Shown piece after piece: positions 13,219 through 27,340 of a stretch of DNA of 64,000 nucleotides. The notes under the pieces were generated by a model. That model had not been told where the DNA came from. It saw nothing but the letters and a program-made list of their open reading frames with translations, and ran no database searches. Source of the stretch: the human T2T-CHM13v2.0 reference genome, Homo sapiens. The stretch lies in NCBI RefSeq assembly GCF_009914755.1, contig NC_060939.1, one strand, 5' to 3'. Numbering within the stretch: the stretch's first letter is position 1; every line of letters starts with the position of its first letter. A program made the translations under genes and the position numbers.

Positions 13219-15425
13219 GTTCTTTAATTTCTTTCAGTATGCTTTCTGCTTTCCAGTGCACATATCTTGCTCATATTTTGTTAAATGTATTCCTAAATCT
13301 ATTCTTCTTTGATGCTACTCTAAATGAAATTCTATTCTGAGTTTCATTACTAAACTGTTAATTTGCAGTATATAGAAATACCATTTACTGGTACCAAAAG
13401 AGATATATAAACGAATGGAACAAAACTGAGGCCTCAGAAAGAATGCCACACATCTACAACCATCTGATCTTTGACAAACCTGACAAAAACAAGCAATAGG
13501 GAAAGGATTCCCTATTTAATAAATGGTGTTGGGAAAACTGGCTAGCCATATGCAGAAAACTGAAATTGGACCCCTTCCTTACACCTTATACAAAACTTAA
13601 CTCAAGATTGAATAAAGACTTAATCGTAAGACCTAAAACCATAAAACCCTAGAGGAAAACCTAGGCAATACCATTCAGGACACGGGAATGGGCAAAGACT
13701 TCATGACTAAAACACCAGAAGCAACGACAACAAAAGCAAAAATTGACAAATGGGATCTGATTAAACTAAAGAGCTTCTGCACAGCGAAAGAAACTATCAA
13801 TCAGAGTGAACAGGCAACATACAGAATGGGAGAAAATTTTTGCAATCTATCCATCTGACAAAGGGCTAATATCCAAAATCTACAAGGAACTTAAACAAAT
13901 TTACAAGAAAAAAAAACCATCAAAAAGTGGGCGAGGGGTATGAACAAACGCTTCTCAAAAGAAGACATTTATGTGGCCAATAAACATATGAAAAAAAGCT
14001 CATGATCACTGGTCATTAGAGAAATACAAATCAAAACCACAGTGAGATACCATCTCATGCCAGTTAGAACAGTGATTATTAAAAAGTCAGGAAACAACCA
14101 ATGCTGGAGAAGATGTGGAGAAACAGAAATGATTTTACACTATTGGTGGGAGTGTAAATTAGTTCAACCATTGTGGAAAACAGTGTGGCGATTCCTCAAG
14201 GATCTAGAACTAGAAATACCATTTGACCCAGCAATCCCATTACTGGGTATATACTCAAAGATTATAAATCATTCCACTATAAAGACACATGCACACATAT
14301 GTTTATTGCAGCACTGTAATAGCAAAGACTTGGAACCAACCCAAATGCCCATCAGTGATAGACTGGATGAAGAAAATGTGGCACATATACACCATGGAAT
14401 ACTATACAGCCATATAAAAGGATGAGTTCATGTCCTTTTCAGGGACATGGATGAAGCTGGAAACCATCATTCGCAGCGAACTAACACAGGAACAGAAAAC
14501 CAAACACCACATGTCCTCACTCATAAGTGAGAGTTGAACAATGAGAACACATGGACGCAGGGAAGGGAACATCACACACTGGGGCTTGTCAGGGGGTTGG
14601 GGGGTAGGGGATGGATAGCATTAGGAGAAATACCTAATGTAGATGACAGGTTGATGGGTGCAGCAAACCACCATGGCACGTGTATACCTATGTAACAAAC
14701 CTGCACATTCTGCACATGTATCCCAGAAAATAAAGTATAATGAAAAAAAAAAGTACCATTGATTTCTTTATTGACCTTGTATACTGCAAAACATTACTGA
14801 ACTTGTTTTCTGGTTCTAGTCTTATTTGAGTAGTTTCCTTAGGATTTTCTCCTACACAAGATCATAACATTTGCAAAAAAAAAGATTGTTTGAATTTCTT
14901 TCCAATATGGATAATTTCCATTTCTTTTTCTAGACTAATTTCCCTGAATATATCCTCCAGTACAATATTGGATAGGAGTGACAAGAGTAGAAATCTTCAT
15001 CTTTGTTCTAATCTTGTGGAAAATATTGAGGGTTTCATGATAGCATATGTTGTTATATGAGTATTTTGTGGATGTCCATTTGAATTAAGAAATTTTATGT
15101 CTATCTCAAATTTGTTGAGGTTTTTTTTTTCCATGAATGGGTTTAAATTGTCAATTGTTACTTCCACATCCTTTCAGTTGATCACCTGGTTTTTGTTCTT
15201 TAGTCTATAATATAGCACATTACCTTAACTGTTTTTATGCTTGGAACCAAACTGTATTCTTGGGATAAATACACTTGGTTATAGTGAATGATCCTGTTTT
15301 TATGTTGCTGTGTTTGGTTTTCTAGTATTTTTGTTTAGGTTAATGCCACAATATTCATAAAGTTATTTGCCTGTGATTTTCTATTCTTGTAACATATGTG
15401 TCTAGTGGTAGTAAACTGGCCTCAT
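13219..15425 (-). mobile_element. Old L1M ORF2 fragment interrupted by a younger L1PA
   Basis: Antisense ORF2 text 'ctccagtacaatattggataggagtgacaagag'. Confidence 0.7.
13386..14752 (+). mobile_element. 5'-truncated L1PA (about L1PA7/8) with poly(A)
   Basis: ORF2 C-terminal MRYHLMPVR...WWECKLVQPLWK; 3'UTR; TSD-like 'aaataccatt'/'aagtaccatt'. Confidence 0.92.
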
Positions 15426-15469
15426 AGAATGCATTTGTTCTCCTCTCTGTTTGTTTGTTACAAGAACAA

Positions 15470-15995
15470 GCTTAGCACAACTGATGTTAATGTTGGAGAC
15501 AGCATGGCCAAGATGATTTCAAAGTTGATTCAGAAGACATTTATCTGAATGGGAAAAATTTTAGGAATACTTTTGTCAGTGTACTTTGCTTATATTTTCC
15601 ATCTCCTATAACTGCAGAACTGACATAAGGCAAATATCCATTTATTGATTTCAATTCCTTTGGATACATACCTAGAAGTGTGACTGCTAGGTCCTATAGT
15701 AGTTCCATTTTTAGTTTTTGGAGGAAACTTCATACTGTTTTTCATAATAGCTGTACTAATTTGCATGCTGTTATAAGAATTTGCTTTCTTATAACAGTAT
15801 AAGAAAGTTGCCTTTTGCACATTTGCAAAGTTGAAATAAATTTTTTCAGTAATAATAAGACAAAATTCTAAGTGATAAATATTTGTGTTATACTTTGTCA
15901 ATGGTTTTATTCTTTCATTGTGACATATAAAGTAATGGTGCATCTTACAACTAATGCAAATGATATATCTTGCAATTTACTTAGACAACACTGTC
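15470..15995 (+). mobile_element. Tc2/Kanga-like DNA transposon 3' remnant (unit B) containing a short antisense L1 fragment (~15640-15765)
   Basis: Terminal-like 'ggtgcatcttacaa'; aligns with 35230-35735 and 42880-43220. Confidence 0.55.
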
Positions 15996-16029
15996 AGTAT
16001 TAACAAATATTGGCTTAATGGTTGGTATA

Positions 16030-16650
16030 TAACTGCTATTAGTCTACATGCTTTATGTATTATTAGTTCATTCAAGCTTCACAGAGTCTCAAGTGGTAGG
16101 CATTATTACCACTCCTATGGTCCAGTTCCAATCTGAGGTAAAGTTCCGTAAGAAAGAAATAGAAGCTTGAGATTAACTCAGTCTATCTCCAGAGTCAGTG
16201 CTCACATCAACTATGTTAGCATATCTTTTCTCCTGTATGGTAATTACTCTCTAGGTCTAGTTTCAGAAATCTTACTCTACCTCATGGTCATTAAGTTACT
16301 TTTCTAAGTTAAACTCTAAAAACTGTAACAAATTACTTTTACATTTAGGTCAATGATCTACCTGGAATTGAATTTTTGTGAAATGTGAGATCAAAAGTCA
16401 GATTTTAATTTCACTCTATGGATATTTAATTTCCTAGAATATTTGTTCAAAATGTTATTTTCCCCCATTGGTCTTATGTATAATTCACTTGTTTGTATAT
16501 GCACATGCCTTTATTCAGTTCTCTTTTCTCTTTTTCATTTACTTATTTCCCTTTGTGCAAATGCCACTGTCTTAGTTAATGAAAGACTTCACTTAACACA
16601 AGTATTTTCCATCCAGAGCCCTGTCTCTTCATCACTGTGCTGTTCTGTAA
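16030..16650 (-). mobile_element. MIR split by an old antisense L1 fragment (unit B; same arrangement in C and D)
   Basis: MIR core-like 'ttcattcaagcttcacagagtctcaagtggtaggcattattacc'; MIR 5' end 'cagcacagtgatgaagagacagggctctgga' on minus. Confidence 0.6.
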
Positions 16651-17140
16651 TGAAGACAGAGAAGAGTGAAAACTGCATGTCTTGTACCTACACAAATATT
16701 CCCAGCTGTGCCTCCAATAAAGAGTAGGGTTTAGGATTTTAGAACATTGCTGTTGACACTTATGTCTCTAATGCCCTTGTAAATCTTAGGCAATCCTTCC
16801 AACTCCACTCACCCTATATTTTAGAACATTCTCAGTTAATTTTATTTGATGTCACCCTCACCCATCTTCATTTTCCTTTTCTGCTTTTCTGGAGCCCTAG
16901 GGAATTTCCTAAAGGCTCCCCAGTGACAGCCAGGCATGGCAAGAACCAAGAAAGGTACCCCTGAATCCTCCTGGACAAGTAGAGACAACACAGTGGCCAA
17001 GATCTTCCTTCTCCAGACAATGTCCGCCAAGGACAGGGCCACAGCCTGTGCAGCTAAGCCCAGATCCTCTAGGTAGGGTCTGCATGTCCAGCTGCTTCCT
17101 TCCCTCCCTTTGGGTTCAGTTGGGGAAGTCAGCCCTTTGG

Positions 17141-17220
17141 TATAAAGCAAAAGTTTGTTCCAAAACCATTCTGCTTACTGACCAAGGAAACATTACTGCT
17201 TCACACCTTGCCTTGTAATA
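17141..17220 (+). promoter_or_regulatory. Unit B candidate TATA box, ~49-nt non-coding first exon (17166-17214) and GT donor
   Basis: TATAAAG at 17141; 'ccattctgcttactgaccaagg...cttcacaccttgcctt|gtaata'; conserved with C and D. Confidence 0.5.
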
Positions 17221-17231
17221 TTATATTAGTT

Positions 17232-18332
<1,101 letters not shown>

Positions 18333-18397
18333 TTAACATTTGTTTATTAATTTTTTTTGGCCATACAAACTTTATCTACAGTGTTTTATTTTTGTAT

Positions 18398-18533
18398 TGT
18401 ATATTAATGCCTTCTGTATTTAATAATGCTACCATAAATGTATTTAATAATGCTACCATACCAAAAGGCATATATTAATGCCTTTTGTATTTAATAATGC
18501 TACCATAAAATGTATTTAATAATGCTACCGTAA
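18398..18533. repeat. Local tandem duplication (4 x 'tgtatttaataatgctacc') with a small palindrome
   Basis: Direct repeats plus 'aaaaggcat-atatta-atgcctttt'. Confidence 0.85.
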
Positions 18534-18848
18534 TAACTTTTCAAAATCGCTTTTTAATCATTTTCATCTTTTCAAGCATCAGTCTTTCCTAAATTGAATG
18601 GAAATATCACTTGTTTTAGGGAAGACAGATGGTACATATTCTCTGTATTTGCCATAAATATCCTCTGAAATACCTCTGGTTGTGAAGAAGAGACTTGTCT
18701 AGCAGTCACAAGGCAAAATGTATCCACAGCCTGTTGCTTTAAAAGAGCTCTGAATGTTTTCATTGTATGGCCTAGCTTATTCTAATTTTGAGAGATTCAC
18801 AAAGGCATTAACTTATATAGACAGAACACTGAGATGTAGACATCATCT

Positions 18849-18973
18849 AAATGCAGACACCAGTCACTTCTTTACTGTACAAATATGAACTTCATTGTAC
18901 TGCTTGCAAGAAATGCAGACACCAGCCACTTCTTCACTGTGCAGATATGAACTTCATCATACTGCTTGCAGGA
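18849..18973. repeat. 62-bp tandem duplication
   Basis: 'aaatgcagacaccag...actgcttgca' at ~18849 and 18911. Confidence 0.9.
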
Positions 18974-21901
18974 AAATGCAAGATGGCAGTGTCATATAAA
19001 GTTGCCTTTTTGTGGTCAAGAATAAGACAAAATTGTTGAAGGCTAAGTTCACCCAAATGGCTTCTTCTTGTGTCTGGATTTTTTCCATAGTTCTTTGATC
19101 CATGTGCCACATCAGTGATGATGGTACATAGCAAAGCTATCTCATGGCAGCTGGCATGAATACTCTTTCCCCTTCCTAGCACTGGACATGGAGAATGGCT
19201 TGATGAAACTCAGCCACCTTGTTCTCCAGACTCTCAGTTCCACCTTCTCAACTTGAGTGTCTTCCAAGGTCCTTGCCACACCCACAGCCTGGAAACTCAA
19301 CCATAACCCAAGGCTACAGTAGGACTCACATCACTATTTCTCATCTCTCAGGGATAACTGTCCTTTTTTAAAAAAAAAAAATGTTCAGGCATTTGCAAAC
19401 CATGGATTCCTATACCTGTGAATTTTTTGTTTTCACATGGCATAAGGAATATCTAGTCCCTATTAGTTTCTTGATGACATTTTGGTTCATTTGTGCAATG
19501 AATCCACCATAAGTGTACTCCGAACTGTATGTTTCTACTAGGCAATATTAAGACGTGTAAAAAGAGATGTGAGTCAAACCCATAGAGACAGACAAGTTAA
19601 CTGACCCACGTAACATTAAAAGGGAGGTGTAATAGCAACAACACAACAAAGGTTGCTGCCTGGGCATTAGAAGTAGAACACCACACCCAAATGGCTAAAA
19701 CTAGTGGCCAGAGATAAGAACTTAGAGGCATCTCTGTCACCTAGCAGGCTGAGTTTCCACCTTCCTGCTGCTTTCTTTAAACATGCCATTCAGGCATTTG
19801 CCCGTGAACTTGAAGTAACATACCCATTATTTCCTAATATATACCCCAGCTGCCGCTCTCCTCGCTTTCTTTCTCTCTTTGTCTCTCTCTGACCGTAGGA
19901 TGGAGGACTGCCCTCCTGACTCATTGTGCCCTTCCTGGCAGGATCTGTAAGTAAAAATCTTTGAACTTATTTGTTTTGGGGGCTACCCTAGACCAGATTT
20001 TCCCCAGGACACTAAGGAGAACACAGGTTGAGCTCCCAACATCAAAGCCATGGTCAGGCAGGAATAAACTGGACACAGGTCAGACAAGAGCCACAAGGGT
20101 GTCTGCCAGTATCAATGTTTTCCATGTAAGGGACACCTGGTCACAGGTCTTACAGCTAGGCGTTAGAACGTCTACCAGGTAAGAGAAGTAGCCTGTGAAA
20201 GACACAGTATAAACACCCACATCCAGTTCCCCATTATGTACTGTCAGGGCAGGGTGGCTAGCCTCTCTGATACTGGAACCCCAGCTTAGCTGGGGCATAT
20301 CAAAACAATAGTCAGTGAGGATGGGACGGTTGGCTCAGTTGTACACCTCCATGATGCCTATGAGCTGCAAATGGCTCAGTAACTGCCTCTCCCCCGTGGC
20401 CCTGTCACTTTGGGAAGCCAGCACTGCTTGCCAGTGGTATGTAAATGCTATTGCCAGTGTTGCTGTGTTCTCACACAAAACTGTCAACACTGTGAAACAG
20501 ATTCCCCTGTGGTGTCTGACCACTGGTGTCCAGTGCAAGGCAGGTGTGTTTCCTGATAGTCTCTCATAGAGACGACCTGGGGGAAAGTCTGAACGTTATT
20601 AATTGGCTGGTGCACAGCACACAGACAAAGTCGCGCCAAGGAGCGCTCAAGAGGATGGTAGTGCTCACCTCCACTCTTTGGACAAAGCCAGGCATGGACT
20701 CTACCTCCTGGGAGCCTAGGAGAGTCCCCTAGATAGTGCTGGTTAGAGAAGCCAACTGCTGGGCCCACTGTGTCAATGTCAGGACTGAAGCTGTGACAGC
20801 AAAAAGGGTAAGTAAAGCAAGCCCTGACTCCTGAAGGAGGCAGAATCACCAGGGAGATACGCTGCCAGGCAAGCCCAATTATGTTGCTGCACACCTTGCT
20901 TCTGTTGCCACGCGTACCCCGACCCCATAGGGTATCATGAGTCGAATTCCTGGAACAATGTGCCTACGGCTCTGATGGGCAAATACAAATGCCCTGCTCA
21001 GCCAGTCCTTGCCCCACCATAGACAGTAGATGATGTCAAACAGGGCTTAGATAAATACAAATTTCCCAAGGAAGCTGCCTGGGCTGTACACAATGCCACT
21101 GCCAGTCATTGTGCAAAGCTCTAGAGCTGCAGCCTGGAGCTCAGGAGCCAACTCTAATAATGATTTTTTTTTAATTGATCACACTGCTGCATGTTGACCC
21201 TGGTCCCTCAGAGGTCAGTGGGGACACCCTGGAATGGGAGGTAGCATTTATGAGTCTGGGAGGAGGCAGCCTCGTCCCCAGGTGTCCTGGTCACTACCCA
21301 CCAAATCAAAATGACCAAAGATAATCAGCAGGACCAAGAAATGGGCACCAAAAAGGGAGACCCGTGCTTACAATAGAAGCTACTTGACACTCCCAGGTGC
21401 TCAGGAGCTTGTCAGGTAAACATCTGAAGACAGAGAGGAACAAAAAGTCATTTTTAGCCACATAGAAATACAAGCCATTCTAAAGATTTTACTCAAAAGG
21501 AAAAAAAAGATCAACAAAGGACTGCTTTTTTTGCAGTGGGGGTTGTCCAGGAGAGTTGCTGCTGCTTAGAGACACTGGACCTCTTTCCTCCTCCCTCTTC
21601 CTCTTATCAGCCAGAGGCAGAAACTGAGAACCTCAGCTTCAGGTGGCCTAGCACAGAAAGAGAGAGACAGAGGGAGAGAGACTGCCCCTTTAGGTGGCTA
21701 CAAGTCCAAGAAAAAAAGAGCGGAACTTGAAACTTTATGTGAGCAAACTCCAACTTTAGCAAACATAATGCTAGTCTTAGATTACTTTTATGGACTTATG
21801 AAAAACTCCTAGATACGGGTGGGTAGGGGAAAAGAAAAATAATAAAATGTATTATTATCTTTAGTAACCTCAACATTTCTTAAAAATTACTTACTGTAGA
21901 G

Positions 21902-22117
21902 CGGGGTGTCCAATCTTTTGGCTACCCTGGGCCACATTGGAAGAACAGTCTTGGGCCACACATAAAATACACTAACACTAACAATAGCTGATGAGCTGAA
22001 AAGAAATAGCAAAAAAAGGTTATAATGTTTTAAGAAAGTTTACAAATTTATGTTGGGCCACAGTCAAAGCCGTCCTGGGCCACATGTGGCCCACATGCCA
22101 CAGGTCAAACAAGCTTG
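21902..22117 (+). mobile_element. MER30 (hAT-Charlie non-autonomous) inserted in the ERV
   Basis: 'ggggtgtccaatcttttggc...caagcttg' with perfect 8-bp TSD ctgtagag. Confidence 0.92.
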
Positions 22118-22199
22118 CTGTAGAGGTTTTGACAATCTTTTATAAATGCCTTCTGGAGTCTCTTGACCACTCATAATGAAGATTAGTTGCTACAGGGCT

Positions 22200-23300
22200 T
22201 CTGATGCAAGAAATTGCCCCACTGGGCTTTGTGCTACAGCCCATTAAAACAAAACATGACCCATCACCTGCTGGGCTCTCCTGAAATAGAGGGTCTCACA
22301 GATCCCGGGCCTGGGACTCCACACCCAGCTGCCCACTATGCTTTGGGTGATAGAAACAGACCCGCTCAAGCTCAGCACAGCTACTGAGGCCTCTTTAAGG
22401 CAGGAGGAAGCCAAATCCGGGCCCTCCCATAAGTGCCACCTGCAGGAGGGTGTGGCTTCCCCTGTCTTCAGTCCCTTGCCAGATTCCAGGGCTCTAGAGG
22501 TGTTCACCTCTCCCTCAGACCCCTTGACTACCAGATGAGTGCCCTGGGATTCCCTAAGTGAACATTAATGGGAGTTGGTAAAGTATGTGAATGGCACTGC
22601 TGACCATCCTATGGAGCTCGGTGGAGAATTAGTGCTTCAAATTAAAGAAAGTGAACAGGCAAACATCTACCATTACTACCACCAACAATTAAAATTTACC
22701 CAAATTTTGCTGTTAGAATACTTCCAATCTCTTATCCAGGATGTCTCTGATAAAGAACTGGACCCAAGAAATGATGTACATGACCGAGCTTACGCAGCCA
22801 TCTTAGCACCGGATGCCCTTGTCAAAAAATGATGCCATCTTCACATTTTTATAAACTATTTAGCCATAACCTGAAAGTTGTCCCTGTGAAGGCAAAATAC
22901 AAACAAACCTCTAGGACTCTGTGGCCTCAGAGACACCCAAAATATAAATCAAAATTACACCTCCACCTATATACTGAGGCCACAATGCAAGACCACTCTA
23001 GAACACTCCTTATTCCCCTCAAAGTCACATTACTGAGAGTAACCAAAACACACATTTCAATTCTTAGAACAGCATGCTGGGCTCTTCAGAAAGGCTGTTA
23101 ATAGAACTTTCGTTCCCTTATAGTTACCAAATAACTTATTTAATTGAGAAATACAATGGTGTCATCAAAGAAGCCCTTTTCAAATTTCAATGCCACAAAG
23201 AAACGCCTAGAATTCTCTAGTTTGCCACAGGCATTAATCTACTTTATAATAACTTTTATCTAATTCCCATTCCATAAAGGCTGGAAGCCAGATCGAGGAT
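22200..23300 (+). pseudogene. ERV pol remnants (RNase H/integrase)
   Basis: Degenerate integrase motifs 'ITESNQNTHF' (~23028) and 'PYSYQITYLIEKYNGVIKEAL' (~23116). Confidence 0.7.
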
Positions 23301-26000
23301 ACATAACCTTCTGGGACTCACTAAATATAGATTATCCCATAGGCCAGGCAGCTGTTCATGTGATTTGGGACCCGTGTGAACCTAAATTTCCACCCAAAGC
23401 ACAACCCTGTAAGGTGCAGCTGCGCACTATTCTGTTTGTTGCTGGCTTTATTACTACTGGCTTGGGTGCTTTTATTGATTTACAATCCAGAGGCCCAAAA
23501 CCTCCAGTAAACCATGGTTTCAACCAAACATGACAAATGTTGAGGCCCACATCAGCTTGAGTGGGTACCTATTTGAAAAGAACACTCCAGTCAGGCCCCT
23601 GTGGAGAGCTGTTGGAACCAAACAGTCTTGGGAAGCAATTTTACACCAAGATGGGAAAAGAGTCTTTGTTGGAAGGCAGTCCTAGAGGTACTGCATCTCC
23701 ACTGCCACCAGGACTGGATACAGACAGGGCAATTACAACCAATTAAATGGAACCAAAAGCACCAGTGTTTAACACTGACCCAACCTCTGCAAACAGTCCT
23801 AGAGACTCATCTCAGCATGACGCCCAGCTAATAACCTCACTTCAACCCCAACTGGATGGTTGCACCATGCAGCCCTGAACCATCCATCCTCACCTGAGGT
23901 CAGACACTCAACTGCCCAAAACAAGTCACTATGCTCTCTTTTGCCCAAGGTCATGCATGCACTTCCAATTTATACTAACCATGGATGGAAACAGCCTACA
24001 CTTCAGAAAAAAAGTGCCACTCAAGTCTTTCACGATGTACCCTAAGGATCCACAGCAATTACTTATAATCTGTGATTCTAGTCATTGACCCCAACAAGGT
24101 GAGCAAAGCCTGCTCAGGGCTTTCCAAATATATTGGGTCACACCAGACCCCCAAGTCCCCACCTTCCCATATAGGGCTGCTACCTGGGAGGGCTATAGGT
24201 CACCCCACCAGAGATAACAATGTCCCAGATGACATCACTCCAGCCCGAGATGACACTGTACAGCATAACACTTAGCTACAAAGGTTTCCAGAAAGACAAA
24301 ACAACTGGCAATTGACAGATCCCCCCACTACTTGGCTACAGAACTCAAAAGTTACCTTCCTAAATTTCCTGGTGAGGACCCTTGGAGTGGCATTTTGCTG
24401 AGCTAATGCTTTGCCTACCCCAGGGCCCCTGGTTTACATCACTGACTGTGATTCTACCAATCGGCTCCCTGACACCTGCTGGGTTGCTCTTTACTGCTAT
24501 TAACCAGCTTTGGCCGACTAAGGTAGCTGTGCCTGCCGACAGCCTCGTGGATCCCCTACTAACCTAACCAGCCCCGTGCAACCACACTCCCCCACTAAGC
24601 GGAGTTCTGTGTGTTCTTGTGGTGGAACCATTTTGCCTTTCTTGGAACAGTTATTTATTCCCCCCACTGCCCCACCAACCTCTCCATCTCCCACTTCACC
24701 AGCTTCCCTATTAATCTTAAGTACATCCCAAGGGGTCTCCCCAAATGTTGGTGATCCACACCATCAGAGTTGAAGACTACCCAGGCCCCTCTACCTCCGC
24801 TTCTCCTTGGGAGCCTGATTGTCCCTGTATCTTAACATGGTGGCTAAGTGGGGGCCACGCATCTCAGGAGATGGAATTGCTGGGCCTGCCATTAGACCAC
24901 ACCAAAGCGCCTCCCTGAGTTACAGGCTTACTTTAGCATGTAGTCTTATTCTTCCCAACTTGGCTTAACTATAGGCACCATGGACATCTCTCCTGCTCAC
25001 ACATGACCCTAAGTTGCAGCCCAATTGCTCTATGTCCAAAGCACACATGTTGCTATTTGCCCCTCCACATCGCCAAGCATAGTTCACATATTTACATATC
25101 AGCCCCAGATTTAATGCAACTTGGGGACACTTGGGGGTTCAGAAGCCACCACCTCTTGAGGCCTAGGGGTAATAAAACACATCTTAGGGTTCCCTCATGC
25201 ATCCACAGAAATATACTTTCATCCTGTGGAACTTGGAATTCATTACACCCACTTATTCCCACAGCCCTGCTTTTGTTTTCCTCAATGAAAGGGTGACAAC
25301 GGAGCTCAGACTCAAGTCTGTAATTTCAAATGTGTCTTAGTATCCTGGGCCTTCCCTTGCACTTAACTAGCCAATACTTCCAACCTTGGTTCATGCCACA
25401 CCCATTATGACAAAGGCGGGCTGTTTTTACCCCCACACTCTTGGGGAGGGGATTGTTACTTTAACGGGCAGGGACTGTGGTGAGCACCACTGCTCTGTCC
25501 ATGCAACAGTAAATCATCCAGACCAATACAAATGTGTCAGCTGCACTAGCAGAACACACACATCTGTTACTGCACAGCCTCACTTTGATGTAAGAATCAA
25601 TGGAGTCTGTCCCAGATGGGATCAAATAATCACCTCATCATAGATCACCTCCTGCCCATAGGTTAAGGGGAGGAGTCTGTACCATCTTGGGAATAACCTA
25701 CTACATGTACATAAATAACCCTGGCCAAATACCAGCTAATCTAAAAGCCATGACTAAACAGATGTAGGTATTTCATGACTTTACCCGGGTTTACAACAAC
25801 ATTCCCACCAAGACTCTGGGTAAAGGGTTTGATCTGTTCACATGGCTCCACCCTACACAGTGGAGTGGATGGCTATGCATGGGATTTGGGGCCATGCTTT
25901 CATATCACTTATCATTTCATTGTGCTCATCAAATACCTTACTCAGTGCCTGACTCAGATTTCCCTGTTGGCCTTTGATGTTTCCACTGTTCAAAAATACC
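23300..26000 (+). pseudogene. ERV env remnant with gamma-type TM domain
   Basis: 'NNHLIIDHLL...GGVCTILGITYYMYINNPG' at ~25625-25725 (one frameshift) matches the ISD + CX6CC region; furin-like 'KG*QR' at ~25288; left boundary uncertain. Confidence 0.7.
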
Positions 26001-27199
26001 TCCGCATACACAAGCTCTAATACCTAGACATCGTGTGGTCAATGGTAACAAGAATGACATAGAAAAGGTCATAAAGTTGGGCATTAGCAGTAGAATAGCA
26101 CACCTAAGTGGCTTAAGCCATGGCCAGAGATAGGGACTTAGAGGCATCTCTCAGACATTTACCTGTGAACTTAAAGTGACTCACACCCTATTCTCTTATA
26201 TAGACTGCTAGTCACCATGCTTTCTCTTTACCCCTCCCTTCCTCATTCTCTTATTCTCTCTCTCTCTCTCTCTCATCCTGGAACGGATGACTGCCCTTCT
26301 GACTCATGGTGCCCTCCCTGCCCAAGGTCTCTTAAGTAAAAATCTTTGGACTTGTTTCCTATTTTGTCAGTGGATTGAATTTGCACATTCCTTTGGAGGA
26401 ACCAGGGGCTACTTCAGGGAGATTTTTCTCTGGGATGCTGAGGAGAACACAAGGTTGGGCTGCCAGCACCAGAACTTTGTTTAGGCAGCAACAAACTGGA
26501 CACAAGTCAGAAGGAGCCACAAGGGTGTCTGCAGGAATAAGCAAGTTTCCCATGGGAGGGACACCTGGTCACAGGTCGAACAAGGCATTAGGCACAGGCA
26601 TTAGGACATCTGCCATGTAAAGGAGTATCCTGTGAAAGGCTTATTGTAAATGCCCATGTCCAAATCCCCTTTATTTCCTATAAGGGCAGGGTTGTTAGCT
26701 GCTGTGGTATGGGAACCCCAGTTTAGTTGGGGGCTCTCAGAATAGAAGGTCAGAATTGGTGTATGCATAGCACCTGTAGGAGTCCAGGTGAAGGTCATCC
26801 ACTGGAAGTCAGTGAATCAAAGATTTAAGATGGATCTAAAAGGAAATATATCTTTCAATTAAACTATAAACATAATAGTCTTATTTTACACTTGCTGGAA
26901 AAGGCATTCTAGAATTATAAAGGCATAAGTTTTATACACATGAAAATGAAAGTAAGAATTTGTGAAATTCAACATAAAGGAAAACTCATTAATTTGTGAA
27001 ATTCAGCATAAAGAAAACTTTTCTGTGTTGCTCTTTGTCCACTACATGCGTGCATTTCTCAAGGGAACAACATATACAACGTTTCCATTTTCTCCTACAT
27101 TTTGGTCCAGTAGTGATTCAGAAAATGTAGCCAAAACTAAACCGTAGATGGAAGAGCTGCCCCTGGGAACTCAGGGGACAGGCACCAGGCCTGGGATGG

Positions 27200-27340
27200 G
27201 ATGGACAAGGGACGCCTCCAGGAGGAGGAGCATGGAGGAGATGCTGGAGAGTGAGGAGCAGTGAGTCTAGCAAACAGGGGAGAAAAGAAGAGGAGAAAGT
27301 GTGTCCGTGGCACAGGCCATGCCATGAGAAGGCAGTGGAT
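27200..27340. mobile_element. L2 fragment
   Basis: 'agggacgcctccaggaggagg...gagtgaggagcagtgag...ggcacaggccatgccatgagaaggc' resembles L2 3' region. Confidence 0.5.

Larger units (their letters stand above)
19628..26744 (+). mobile_element. Old defective endogenous retrovirus, class III/ERVL-type (MER54/MER73/MER74-group LTRs), two LTRs
   Basis: LTRs 19628-20307 and ~26036-26744 share 'tggccagagata..acttagaggcatctct' and 'gagccacaagggtgtctgc'; 5-bp TSD ggagg/gaagg; PBS-like 'gaggatggga' after the 5' LTR. Confidence 0.85.

Noticed and set aside
13386-14752. Missing 3' end of the 6035-11007 L1 displaced by inversion
   Set aside because: It overlaps that element in L1 coordinates and has its own TSD, so it is an independent insertion
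16601-16639. V(D)J RSS-like CACAGTG + 23-bp spacer + GAAAATACT on minus
   Set aside because: It is the 5' end of a MIR, the heptamer is absent in paralogs, and no V exon precedes it
16936-17076. 46-aa ORF starting MARTK (histone H3-like)
   Set aside because: Similarity ends after five residues, the ATG is not conserved in A, C or D, and it lies upstream of the TATA
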